Source: Patescibacteria group bacterium (GTDB taxonomy: Bacteria > Patescibacteriota > Microgenomatia > 2-02-FULL-39-11). From it: 64,000 nt of DNA. The notes under the pieces are model-generated. The model made no database searches. It was given only the letters and a program-made list of their open reading frames with translations, and was not told the origin of the DNA. This document shows positions 17,896-27,421 of the stretch, piece by piece (positions within the stretch are counted from its first letter, which is position 1; each line of letters opens with the position of its first letter). The position numbers and the translations under genes are program-made. The DNA lies in NCBI GenBank assembly GCA_023379265.1, contig JAMCUI010000009.1, positions 36,091 to 100,090 on the forward strand, in the 5' to 3' direction.

Positions 17896-19074
17896 ATGAC
17901 TAAGCAGAAATTAGTTTATATTCTTTCAGGACTTGGGCTTTATTTTATTGTCACCGGTTTGTCATTTGCAGGTTTTAGCTTTTTTGCAAAAGGAAACTCT
18001 TCGGCTCAAGTAGTGACTTCTCCAGTTGGTGTTTCCCCTGGGGTAAAACCCAAATATAAAGTAGATCCTTCAGTCCCAAGAGACCAAGTTTGTCCGTTGG
18101 ATGGAGAAATGTATACTAAACAGGAAAAAGATATTTGGGATACAAGGCGTCCGCTTGCTGTCATGATTGAAAATTCAGAGGAGGCAAGACCACAATCTGG
18201 TATCTCCCGAGCAGATATAGTATATGAGGCATTAGCTGAAGGATGGATTACTAGATTTATGGCTGTTTTTTACTGTAATACTCCAATGGAAAATATTACT
18301 GTTGCTCCGGTCAGATCAGCTAGAACCTATTTTGTCGATTGGGTGTCAGAATACGATGCTTTATACAATCATGTTGGCGGAGCGGGGATGTGTGATGATG
18401 ATACTGTAGATACACGTGCCAAAGCTCTTTGTCAGATCCGCCAATTCGGCATAAAAGATATGGATCAGTTTGGCATAGGGTTTCCAGATTGTTATAGAAA
18501 TCCGGATAGGCTTGACCATCCTGTTGCAACAGAGCATACGATGGTCTGTTTTTCCGAAAATCTTTATAAGATAGCTTCAAACCGAGGATGGACGAATGTG
18601 GATGAAAACGGTGTATCATGGGATAAAAATTTTACGGAATGGTCATTTAAGGACGATCCTTCTGCAGCTGATCTTGGTACGGTGACAAAAGTGAAATTAG
18701 TTTTTGCTCCAGGTTATGACAAATATGATGTGATGTGGCAATACGATAAAGCGACAAACAGCTATAAGAGGTTTAACGGAGGAGTACCACATATCGATTT
18801 GGAAAATAAACAGCAACTAACAGCAAAAAATGTAGTGGTGCAACTGACTAAACTTACCGGTCCGGTTGATGAGCACGGCCATCTATTATATACAACAATC
18901 GGCAGCGGTAAAGCCCTAATTTTCCAGGATGGGAAAGTGGTGGTAGGTACATGGTCAAAGAAGTCTAGGGTATCCAGGACAATGTTTTACGGGCCAAACG
19001 GAAAACAAGTAAGTTTCACTAGAGGCCCAATTTGGATAGAAGTATTGCCAAGTGAACAGCAGGTAACATATTAG
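17896..19074 (+). CDS. DUF3048 (YerB-like) lipoprotein/secreted protein
   Basis: Signal/TM N-terminus. Conserved RPLAVMIENSEEARPQSGISRADIVYE motif and C-terminal DUF3048_C-like region. Confidence 0.7.
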   Translation: MTKQKLVYILSGLGLYFIVTGLSFAGFSFFAKGNSSAQVVTSPVGVSPGVKPKYKVDPSVPRDQVCPLDGEMYTKQEKDIWDTRRPLAVMIENSEEARPQSGISRADIVYEALAEGWITRFMAVFYCNTPMENITVAPVRSARTYFVDWVSEYDALYNHVGGAGMCDDDTVDTRAKALCQIRQFGIKDMDQFGIGFPDCYRNPDRLDHPVATEHTMVCFSENLYKIASNRGWTNVDENGVSWDKNFTEWSFKDDPSAADLGTVTKVKLVFAPGYDKYDVMWQYDKATNSYKRFNGGVPHIDLENKQQLTAKNVVVQLTKLTGPVDEHGHLLYTTIGSGKALIFQDGKVVVGTWSKKSRVSRTMFYGPNGKQVSFTRGPIWIEVLPSEQQVTY

Positions 19075-19197
19075 ATACTTTTGACCAATTGCGGTAAACC
19101 TGCCCCGTCGTCACGTCTTATGACGGATCTCGGGGGAAATCAAGTTTTCAAATCTTGATGCCCGGCGGATCAACTATAAAGAAAGGAGAAAAAATAT

Positions 19198-19773
19198 ATG
19201 TTGTCAGACCTTATAGTTTCCCGGGTACGGGTAAAGGTACTTGAACTATTTTTTCTAAATTTGGGAAATATTTATCACGTCAGAGAAATAGTCAGGAGGA
19301 CAAGTGAGGAAATAAATGCAGTCAGACGTGAGTTGTCCCATCTGGAGAAAGCTGGGCTTTTATCCAAAGAAAGACGGGCAAATCGGCTTTTTTATAATCT
19401 TCGCAAAGACTATCCACTCTACTTTGATATTCTCGCTCTAGTCATAAAAAACTCAGGTCTCGGTGGAGATATGCTGAAAAATAAAGTAAAACTCGGGAAA
19501 GTAAAGTATGCCATGATTTCAGGAAGATACGCCCGTGGAATGCAAAGGGCGGCAAATACAGTAGATCTTCTTGTTGTTGGTAAGGTTGTGTTGCCTGAGT
19601 TGTCCCAAATAGTCAGACAAGAGGAAGTGAGGAGGGAAAGAGAGATAAATTATACCGTGATGAGTGAGGAAGAATTTGATTTCAGGAAAAAGAGGAGGGA
19701 TCCGTTTGTTCTTGAAATCCTAAAGGGTTCAAGAATTATGCTTATTGGTGATGAAGAAGAACTGGTCTCATAG
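19198..19773 (+). CDS. winged-helix DNA-binding domain fused to a minimal nucleotidyltransferase-like domain
   Basis: N-terminal ArsR/wHTH-like segment (IYHVREIVRRTSEEINAVRRELSHLEKAGLL). C-terminal GRYARG...VDLLVVG resembles the GSxARG/DxD NTase motif. Confidence 0.45.
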   Translation: MLSDLIVSRVRVKVLELFFLNLGNIYHVREIVRRTSEEINAVRRELSHLEKAGLLSKERRANRLFYNLRKDYPLYFDILALVIKNSGLGGDMLKNKVKLGKVKYAMISGRYARGMQRAANTVDLLVVGKVVLPELSQIVRQEEVRREREINYTVMSEEEFDFRKKRRDPFVLEILKGSRIMLIGDEEELVS

Positions 19774-19808
19774 TTGTTTTATAAATTAAGCATAAAAAAT
19801 CTGTTAAA

Positions 19809-20009
19809 ATGAGACAAAAGATTATTAGGGTAGGCAGGTCGAGTCTAGCAGTAATCATTCCTGCAAATTTTGTCCATTCACTCGGGATAAGATCAGGCGA
19901 CAGCGTACTGGTAAAGACAATGATTGATAAGGGAGTTATAAATCTTCATTTCTCCGGTGCCGTCCAATTGCGTCTTCCTTCCGGGAATAAACCCAAACTA
20001 AAAAAATAA
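19809..20009 (+). CDS. AbrB/MazE/SpoVT-family swapped-hairpin DNA-binding protein
   Basis: 66 aa. IIRVGRSSLAVIIPANFVHSLGIRSGDSVLV matches the SpoVT_AbrB looped-hinge helix. Confidence 0.5.
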   Translation: MRQKIIRVGRSSLAVIIPANFVHSLGIRSGDSVLVKTMIDKGVINLHFSGAVQLRLPSGNKPKLKK

Positions 20010-20010
20010 A

Positions 20011-21348
20011 ATGAAACACATAAGATTACTTCTGTGGTTTATCGCTTTTTTGACTGTTGTATCGGTGGTTATTGACTTGCCGAGAAGTTACGGATTGAAA
20101 TTTTCTTTGGGTTCGATAAAAGTCGATAGGGTAATACGTGGTCCGGATATCAATTTTCAACTTGGTCCGATATTAGTCATGAAAAATCTGGCAGGACACT
20201 ATGGTCTTGATTTGTCAGGTGGTACTCATCTTACGCTTGAGGCAGATATGAGTAAGATCGCTTCTACCGACAGAGATAACGCCTTCAGTGCTGCAAAGGA
20301 TGTAGTGGAAAGAAGAATAAATCTTTACGGTCTTACGGAACCGGTAATCCAACAGTCAAAAGTGGGTCAGTCATACAGGTTAATTGTGGAAATACCTGGG
20401 GTGTCGGATGTGTCAAGCGCAATTGATCTCATTGGAAAAACTGCACAGCTGACATTTTACGCCGAAGGAACCCAATCTGCTAAGATTGCCACCACGTCGT
20501 CTTCTATAGCAGACATATGGACCAAGCCGACAGGATTGACTGGAAAAGACCTGAAAAGCTCATCGGTCACTTTCGATCCAAATACCGGTAAACCTGAGGT
20601 ATCGTTAGTATTCAATTCTGCCGGGGCTAACCTTTTTGAAAAGATTACAAGAGAAAATGTAGGTAAGACTATCGCTATATTTTTGGATAATCAGTTAATA
20701 ACAGCTCCTCGTGTAAACGAGCCTATATCTGGAGGAAATGCTGTAATACAGGGATCGTTTACATTGGATGAAGCCAAGCGGCTTTCAATAGATTTGAACG
20801 CTGGAGCATTGCCTGTTCCTCTCAAAGTGATTGAGGAAAGGAATATAGGCGCTACGTTGGGATTTCAATCAATCGAAAAAAGTATGGTAGCTGGTGCGGT
20901 CGGGTTGACATTGGTTGCCCTTTTTATGCTTTTCAATTATGGGACATTGGGGCTTTTGGCTGATATTGCATTGATTATCTATTCTCTTATTGTTTTTGCC
21001 CTCTTTAAGCTTATTCCGGTGACGTTAACGCTAGCTGGAATTGCCGGTTTTATACTGTCTATAGGGATGGCTGTAGATGCCAATATACTTATATTTGAGA
21101 GGATGAAAGAAGAATTAAGGTGGGGTAAAGATCATATGACCGCCATAAGACTCGGTTTTGACAGAGCTTTCCCTTCGATCCGCGATTCCAACATTTCGTC
21201 ACTAATTACTTGCGGTATACTTTACTGGTTTGGTACGGGAATAATAAGGGGTTTTGCTATCACGTTGGCAATAGGAATAGTGGTATCATTATTTTCCGCA
21301 ATTACAGTGACTAGGACTTTTTTGAGAATGCTTTACCGGCATTCTTAA
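20011..21348 (+). CDS. secD: protein translocase subunit SecD
   Basis: 445 aa. Periplasmic P1 domain plus 6-TM SecD/SecF RND-like core. Directly followed by secF. Confidence 0.85.
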   Translation: MKHIRLLLWFIAFLTVVSVVIDLPRSYGLKFSLGSIKVDRVIRGPDINFQLGPILVMKNLAGHYGLDLSGGTHLTLEADMSKIASTDRDNAFSAAKDVVERRINLYGLTEPVIQQSKVGQSYRLIVEIPGVSDVSSAIDLIGKTAQLTFYAEGTQSAKIATTSSSIADIWTKPTGLTGKDLKSSSVTFDPNTGKPEVSLVFNSAGANLFEKITRENVGKTIAIFLDNQLITAPRVNEPISGGNAVIQGSFTLDEAKRLSIDLNAGALPVPLKVIEERNIGATLGFQSIEKSMVAGAVGLTLVALFMLFNYGTLGLLADIALIIYSLIVFALFKLIPVTLTLAGIAGFILSIGMAVDANILIFERMKEELRWGKDHMTAIRLGFDRAFPSIRDSNISSLITCGILYWFGTGIIRGFAITLAIGIVVSLFSAITVTRTFLRMLYRHS

Positions 21349-21362
21349 AAGCTTAAATTAGT

Positions 21363-22298
21363 TTGCATATCAATATGAAATCGCCAGACATAATAGGCAA
21401 AAAGATATTGTATTTCATCCTTTCTGGGGTGGTTATTGTTCCGGGAATAATCTCTTTGGCATTATGGGGTATAAGACCGGCTATAGATTTTACCGGAGGG
21501 ACAACGATGGAAATACGGGTTGAAAACCCGCCAAAAAATACAAATGACCCAATATTGATAAAAGACATTGAGGGAATTGTCCAGTCAGACAAGATTGGGC
21601 TTGCCTCAGTACAGGTAACAAATACAAAGACTTATCTTTTAAGGATGAAGCCAATAGATAAAAGTCAGACACAAAGATTGGAGTCTGATATGAATATAAA
21701 GCTTGGACAAATTTCCGTTTTGAGTTTGCAGACAGTCGGGCCAACAATTGGTGCTGAGACTACTTTGAATGCGGTCAAATCAGTTCTTATCGCTTCGCTT
21801 GCAATAATTATTTTTATCGCATTGGCTTTCAGGAAAATTCCCAAACCATACTCTTCATGGAAATTCGGTATTTGCGCTGTCATTGCTTTAATTCATGATG
21901 TGTTAGTGGTTGTTGGAATTTTTTCCATCATGGGCCATTTTTTCAATGTGGAGGTGGATAGTCTTTTTATTACTGCGCTTCTGACCATCATGGGATTTTC
22001 GGTACACGATACAATCGTGGTTTTTGACAGAATTAGGGAAAACCTGCATAAAATGCCTAGCCTTTCTTTTGCCGATGTTACCAATGAGTCGATAGTTCAG
22101 ACATTAGCCAGATCTCTCTCTACATCACTGACGGTACTTTTTACCCTTTTTGCCCTGCTTCTTTTCGGTGGGGAAACAATAAGATGGTTTATAGTAGCGC
22201 TTCTTATAGGAATTGCCTCAGGAACTTATTCTTCTATTTTCAACGCTTCTCCTCTTCTTGTATTATGGGAGGAATGGGGACAAAATAGGAAAAATTAA
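21363..22298 (+). CDS. secF: protein translocase subunit SecF
   Basis: 311 aa with the SecF signature region (IDFTGGT...) and 6 TM helices. Confidence 0.85.
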   Translation: MHINMKSPDIIGKKILYFILSGVVIVPGIISLALWGIRPAIDFTGGTTMEIRVENPPKNTNDPILIKDIEGIVQSDKIGLASVQVTNTKTYLLRMKPIDKSQTQRLESDMNIKLGQISVLSLQTVGPTIGAETTLNAVKSVLIASLAIIIFIALAFRKIPKPYSSWKFGICAVIALIHDVLVVVGIFSIMGHFFNVEVDSLFITALLTIMGFSVHDTIVVFDRIRENLHKMPSLSFADVTNESIVQTLARSLSTSLTVLFTLFALLLFGGETIRWFIVALLIGIASGTYSSIFNASPLLVLWEEWGQNRKN

Positions 22299-22299
22299 A

Positions 22300-23694
22300 T
22301 TAATTAGACAGGATTTTTTTACTTTTTAGTTCTTTCAGTTTTGTGAGAAGAATTTCTCTTTCGTTTGGCAGTTTCCCTTCAACAACGTCGTTAAAAAGCA
22401 TGTCCAGCACCTTTCCTACTAATGGACCTGGTCTGGTGTCAAAAATCTTCATTACGTCGTAGCCGTCTATTTTCAGATCAGCCGCGGTAAAAGGCTGTTT
22501 TTGGACCTCTAGTAACCTTTTTTTGAATAGCTCAAGTCTCCACGAAGTTTCCCTAGCACCACCGCCAAGTCTGTCGCCGGTACGAAGATGAAGCATATGA
22601 GTCAAGTATTCAGGCGTGACATTTCTTATAAAGCGCCTGACTGAAGTATCGGTTTGTCTCTCATCCACCGTAAACTGATGATAGCGGACAAGAGTCAAAA
22701 GCAAATTCGAATCTTTTTTTGACAAATGTAGTCGTTGAGCGATATTTCTGACGATTGAAGTACCGATTATCTCGTGGTTATAAAAAGTGATTATTCCTTC
22801 AGAGGTTTTGTTAAAAGTAGCAGGTTTACCGATATCATGTAGGAGTGTTGCCAGTCTGACAATAGGATTTGATGATGGGCAGTTTTTTAATGACATAAGA
22901 AGATGTGTACCCACATCAAAAATGTGGTGGCGTTTGGGGCTTTTTTGTTCTACGCCAAAACATTTTTCTAGCTCAGGCAATATAAAAGGCAGAAGGCCTG
23001 CATTTTTCAAAAGCATTATGCCGTCTGCTGGAAAGTCGGAGGCAAGAACTTTTAGTAACTCATCCCTTACTCTCTCGGTTGAGATTTTGGCAAGTAGCGA
23101 TGCGTTTTTTTTAATAGCCATAAATGTTTTTTCTTCAATAAGAAATTGGAGTTCTGTAGCGATACGGATAGCCCGCATCATGCGTAGCGCGTCTTCCGTG
23201 AAGCGTAGATTTGCATCTCCTACAGCTTTGATGAGTTTTTGTGAAATGTCTTTCTGTCCGCCATAAAGATCAATAATCTTTTCCCCGTTTGTGGCCATCG
23301 CGTTTATGGTAAAATCTCTTCTTTCCAGGTCTTCCTCAAGAGTTTTACCCCAGATGATTTTGTCAGGATGACGATGGTCCGAATAACCCATTTCACTTCT
23401 GAATGTAGTAATTTCATATATATCAGATGTATCCAATTTCTTGCCATTTGATGTTTTTACCTCGACGCCGACAGTGCCAAATTTATTGTCATAGAAACTG
23501 TCAGGAAACAGTTTTATAATTTCTTCCGGAGTAGCATCAGTGGTGAAATCCCAGTCTTTTGTGGGTTTTAGAAGGATAATATCTCTCACACAACCGCCTA
23601 CGGCATATGCTTGAAATCCTGCTTTTTCCAGTATCAATAGTGTAGTATTTACCTCTTTCGGAAGTGCAATCTTCATAGTAATATTATTTGGCAT
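22300..23694 (-). CDS. cca: CCA-adding tRNA nucleotidyltransferase with HD domain
   Basis: PolyA_pol head domain (GGCVRD, DxD), a tRNA-NT body and a C-terminal HD motif (HDIGK). Confidence 0.8.
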   Translation of the reverse strand: MPNNITMKIALPKEVNTTLLILEKAGFQAYAVGGCVRDIILLKPTKDWDFTTDATPEEIIKLFPDSFYDNKFGTVGVEVKTSNGKKLDTSDIYEITTFRSEMGYSDHRHPDKIIWGKTLEEDLERRDFTINAMATNGEKIIDLYGGQKDISQKLIKAVGDANLRFTEDALRMMRAIRIATELQFLIEEKTFMAIKKNASLLAKISTERVRDELLKVLASDFPADGIMLLKNAGLLPFILPELEKCFGVEQKSPKRHHIFDVGTHLLMSLKNCPSSNPIVRLATLLHDIGKPATFNKTSEGIITFYNHEIIGTSIVRNIAQRLHLSKKDSNLLLTLVRYHQFTVDERQTDTSVRRFIRNVTPEYLTHMLHLRTGDRLGGGARETSWRLELFKKRLLEVQKQPFTAADLKIDGYDVMKIFDTRPGPLVGKVLDMLFNDVVEGKLPNEREILLTKLKELKSKKILSN

Positions 23695-23808
23695 ATTGTT
23701 CCAACTCTAGAGCCAGTCTCATAAATTTTGACTCTTGTACCAGTTTAGAAAAACGGATAAAAATCAAATGAACAAAGTTTTAGTTTTATTATATCCCATC
23801 ATGAATTT

Positions 23809-25521
23809 ATGAAGAAGTGGATAATACTTGAAAAATCAGCATCCGGTCATAAAAAAGACATTCTGGGAATTCTTCTGGAAAATAGAAATATTTTCAGTGA
23901 GAAAGAAAAAAAGGAGTTTCTTCATCCAGAACTTTCCGATCTGACTCTGGAAAGCGTTAATCTTAAGGCCAAAGAATTGGAGAATGCTGCAAAACGGATA
24001 AAACTGGCGATTGAAAGAAAGGAATCGGTTACTGTTTATACGGATTATGACGCTGATGGGGTATGTGGGGGGGCGATAGTTTGGGAAACGCTTTACAAAT
24101 TGGGAGTGAAGACAATGCCTTATGTTCCGCATAGGGTGAATGAAGGTTATGGTTTGTCAAGAAAAGGGATTGACAAAATTATCGAACAATTTGGCACAAA
24201 ACTTATTGTGACAGTTGATCACGGGGTTACAGCGGTAAAAGAAGTCGCCTATGCCAAGGAAAAAGGCATTGACACGATTATACTGGATCATCATATACTC
24301 CCCAAAAAATTGCCGGATTCGGTAGCATTGATACACACGACTTCTCTTGCTTCAGGCGGACTTGCCTACTTTTTTTCCAATTTCCTTTCAAAACATCTCT
24401 ATTTCAGAAAAAATGACTTGAGTAAATCTGGTCAGATGGATAAAAGCAAACTTGATTTGGCAGCAATAGCCACAGTCGCTGATCTTGTTCCGCTTTTGGG
24501 CGCAAACAGGGTAATAGTGAAATACGGTATAGATGAGATTAAAAATACGCGCCGTGTAGGTTTGAGGTCTCTTATAAAGCAATCGGGTCTTGAAAATGGG
24601 GATGTGTCTACATATGAGATAGGGCACATTCTTGCTCCAAGGATAAATGCCATGGGCAGGTTGATGCACGCAATGGATGCGCTCAGGCTTTTATGCACTA
24701 AAGATATAGATAGGGCAGAGTCTTTGGCCAGAAAACTTTCTTCGACAAATAGGGAAAGACAAATACTTACGGAAAAAGCTTCTCTTCTGGCAATGGATAT
24801 CGTCAGAAACGAAAGGATTTATAAAAGCGAAAAAGGTAACAATCTGATTTTCGTGTCGCATAGTCAGTTCCAGGAAGGAATAATCGGACTTGTTGCGGGT
24901 AAACTGACAGAGACTTATTATCGTCCTTCAATAGTCGTGTCAGAGGGAAAGGAATATTCAAAAGCTTCAGCCAGATCAGTAATCGGATTGAATATTGTGG
25001 AAGTGATAAGGGAAGCGGGGGATTTGCTTGAGGATGCCGGGGGACACGCGATGGCGGCGGGTTTTACGGTAGCGACGAAAAATATAAATACGCTTAAAAA
25101 AAGATTAAATTCGGTTGTAGAGGAAAAACTTTCTGGAATAAAATTGGAAAGAACTCTTAAAATAGATGCGATTTTGACTCTTGATGAGATAACAGAGGAT
25201 TTTTATGAGAAAATAAACACACTTTCTCCATTTGGTGTGGGCAATCCTGAACCAGTATTTGCCGTAAAAAACGCAGAAATTGTTGGTTTGTCGTTGGTTG
25301 GTAGGGAACAGAAACATATAAAAATGTTCATGAGACAAAACGATGGAGGAATAATACATCAGGCTGTGGGTTTTGGGATGGGTGAGTTTTTTAATAAGCT
25401 TTATCCGCACAAATTGGTGGATATCGCTTTTTCAATAAACATAGACAGCTGGAATGGAAGTAAACGTTTGCAATTAAAACTTAAAGATGTTATCATCACG
25501 AGCAAATCGGAAATTGACTAA
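23809..25521 (+). CDS. recJ: single-stranded-DNA-specific exonuclease RecJ
   Basis: 570 aa. DHH (DYDADG, DHH) and DHHA1 (GGGH) motifs. Confidence 0.85.
   Translation: MKKWIILEKSASGHKKDILGILLENRNIFSEKEKKEFLHPELSDLTLESVNLKAKELENAAKRIKLAIERKESVTVYTDYDADGVCGGAIVWETLYKLGVKTMPYVPHRVNEGYGLSRKGIDKIIEQFGTKLIVTVDHGVTAVKEVAYAKEKGIDTIILDHHILPKKLPDSVALIHTTSLASGGLAYFFSNFLSKHLYFRKNDLSKSGQMDKSKLDLAAIATVADLVPLLGANRVIVKYGIDEIKNTRRVGLRSLIKQSGLENGDVSTYEIGHILAPRINAMGRLMHAMDALRLLCTKDIDRAESLARKLSSTNRERQILTEKASLLAMDIVRNERIYKSEKGNNLIFVSHSQFQEGIIGLVAGKLTETYYRPSIVVSEGKEYSKASARSVIGLNIVEVIREAGDLLEDAGGHAMAAGFTVATKNINTLKKRLNSVVEEKLSGIKLERTLKIDAILTLDEITEDFYEKINTLSPFGVGNPEPVFAVKNAEIVGLSLVGREQKHIKMFMRQNDGGIIHQAVGFGMGEFFNKLYPHKLVDIAFSINIDSWNGSKRLQLKLKDVIITSKSEID
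25468..25496 (+). promoter_or_regulatory. candidate promoter (TTGCAA-17-TATCAT) inside the 3' end of recJ, feeding the T-box leader
   Basis: Hexamers with a 17-nt spacer. The predicted TSS is ~25503. Confidence 0.3.
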
Positions 25522-25529
25522 AAGCTGTA

Positions 25530-25750
25530 ATGGCGACGACACGTCATAGTTAGATTTCTCTAACAAGCTGCAGGAAGAAATCCATATAGACGGAAATTAG
25601 ATCCTTGCCGGGTATGCCCGTGACAGCTGGAATAAGTAGTTGTGAGTCGTGTTATGAAATGTAATTTTTAATAACTCATCACACACCACTCATAACCAAA
25701 ATAAGGTGGTATCGTGATAATCTCACCCTTAGAAAAAGGTGAGATTTTTT
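25530..25750 (+). promoter_or_regulatory. T-box riboswitch-like leader, predicted Asp specificity, ending in a terminator 60 nt upstream of the PEPC gene
   Basis: T-box-like AGGTGGTATCGTG at 25704-25716. Canonical antiterminator can be drawn: A1 TAAGG/CCTTA, 7-nt bulge UGGUAUC (consensus UGGNACC), A2 GTGA-taatc-TCAC. It competes with terminator ATCTCACC-cttagaaaaa-GGTGAGAT-TTTTTT (25720-25750). Candidate specifier GAC followed by A at 25622-25625, on the 3' side of a possible stem I (AGCTG / CAGCT). Confidence 0.5.
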
Positions 25751-25812
25751 ATGGGTAAAATCTTAGACTATATGGTTATACAACATTCAGAAGATTTAGA
25801 GCTGGTGTTACC

Positions 25813-27327
25813 ATGGCCACTATAAACCGTAAAATCTCAGCTTGCATGGCCACGCAGCATCCGGATAATGCTGCGAGGCCTTACTGGAATCCAAGGCCTT
25901 TTATATCAACAAGCGCTGAGATAAAAGAAAGTTACCTGAATTTTTCTGATCTTTCTATAGATGAGTATAATTGGGATTGGGAAGGGAAATTTGTGGATGA
26001 GGCGGTCATAGATAAGCTTCTGCACCGTTATTTCAATTACTTCCAAAAACACCCGATAGGGAAGGACAAACTTCTTACATTCAGGATTCCAAATCCCAGA
26101 GTGGAAAAGCAATTTAGGTTGGCTAGGGCTTTTATGGTAATTATCACGAGCAGCCAGCTGGCTCGGAGTCTGGGTTTTTCTTCACCACCAATTTTTGAAA
26201 CAATTCTTCCTTTGACGGAAACCGCAGAAGAAATCGCAGAGATTCAGGAAGCTTTCAAAGACTTGATTAGTGTAAATCACAGGCTTTTGAACATGAAGGA
26301 CTCGTTGCAATATTTGGAAATAATCCCTCTTTTTGAACAAGTGGGTAAGATTGCCGGGTCTGCCGGAATTCTGAAAAAATATATAGCATTGCACAAAAAG
26401 ATGTTTGGGTACAAACCCAAATATATAAGGCCTTATTGTGCAAGGAGCGACCCGGCGCTAAACTCTGGGCTTATACCGACGATATTATCTCTAAAAGTAG
26501 CATTATCCTCCTACTTGAAGCTGGAAGAGGATACTGATGTGAGGCTTTTTCCTATGTTGGGAACAGGTTCGTTGCCGTTTAGAGGAGGACTTAGTCCTGA
26601 CAGATTGGATATTGCATTATCTGAATATGCTGGAGTACGCACGTTGACTATACAAAGCGCTTTCAGATACGACTATCCCAAACACGATGTGAAACTTGCC
26701 ATTGAGAGGCTGAATAACGAATTGCATCATAGAAAAGCAAAGCGACTGGATAAGACAAGTGTAGACGTCATACAAAGAACCATTCCTCTTTTTGAGAAGC
26801 CCTACAGGAATTCGATAGAACAGGCAGCAGGAATGATAAATGTTTTAAGCAGGCAAGTAGCCAAAAGAAGAGAAAGGATGCTTCATATAGGACTCTTCGG
26901 ATACTCAAGAGGCGTTGGTCATGTTAGTTTGCCGAGAGCTATTCCGTTTACAGCGTCCTTATATTCATTGGGTGTGCCTCCTGAATTGATAGGGACAGGA
27001 AGAGGTATAAAAGAGGCAAAGAAAAAAGGCTTATGGGAAAAATCTTCACAGTATTATCTTCATATTAAAGAAGACTTGCTTCATGCAGGTAATTTCCTGA
27101 ATAAGCAGAATTTATCCCGTCTTGCAAAGCACAGTTCCTTCTGGTATGACGTAGAAGAAGATGTTAAAGAGATCGAAAAAGAATTGGGAATAGTACTTGG
27201 TCCTGGTAATTCCACACAGCTAGAACATTACAATCTTGTGGAAAAAATTTATAAGAAGATTATGGAAGGTAATGATGTTTCAAAACTGATTACTTACGGC
27301 GGTTTATTGAGGCAAAGTTTGGGTTGA
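25813..27327 (+). CDS. archaeal-type phosphoenolpyruvate carboxylase (PepcA family)
   Basis: 504 aa, begins MATINRKISACMATQHPDNA. This matches the characteristic N-terminal MxTQHPDN signature and size (~500-540 aa) of atPEPC, which is unrelated in length to bacterial Ppc (~900 aa). Confidence 0.65.
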   Translation: MATINRKISACMATQHPDNAARPYWNPRPFISTSAEIKESYLNFSDLSIDEYNWDWEGKFVDEAVIDKLLHRYFNYFQKHPIGKDKLLTFRIPNPRVEKQFRLARAFMVIITSSQLARSLGFSSPPIFETILPLTETAEEIAEIQEAFKDLISVNHRLLNMKDSLQYLEIIPLFEQVGKIAGSAGILKKYIALHKKMFGYKPKYIRPYCARSDPALNSGLIPTILSLKVALSSYLKLEEDTDVRLFPMLGTGSLPFRGGLSPDRLDIALSEYAGVRTLTIQSAFRYDYPKHDVKLAIERLNNELHHRKAKRLDKTSVDVIQRTIPLFEKPYRNSIEQAAGMINVLSRQVAKRRERMLHIGLFGYSRGVGHVSLPRAIPFTASLYSLGVPPELIGTGRGIKEAKKKGLWEKSSQYYLHIKEDLLHAGNFLNKQNLSRLAKHSSFWYDVEEDVKEIEKELGIVLGPGNSTQLEHYNLVEKIYKKIMEGNDVSKLITYGGLLRQSLG

Positions 27328-27421
27328 GATAAATTATGGCTTGGGTGTAGGAGTAGTTTCGTATATAATTGGTAGAGATTATCAAAGACCTGCTTTTTAT
27401 AAAATAAAAGGAGGAATAAAT

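Noticed and set aside
19075-19197. Possible tRNA gene in structured intergenic region
   Set aside because: There is no GTTCRANYC T-arm, no cloverleaf with 7-bp acceptor stem, and no CCA-proximal discriminator context.
22787-23266. 159-aa plus-strand ORF inside the cca gene
   Set aside because: It is antisense to a conserved CCA-adding enzyme and has no independent support.
27341-27421. N-terminal extension of the aminotransferase ORF (start 27341)
   Set aside because: The internal ATG at 27422 has a strong RBS (aaaggagga) and gives the canonical N-terminus, so the upstream part is probably untranslated.
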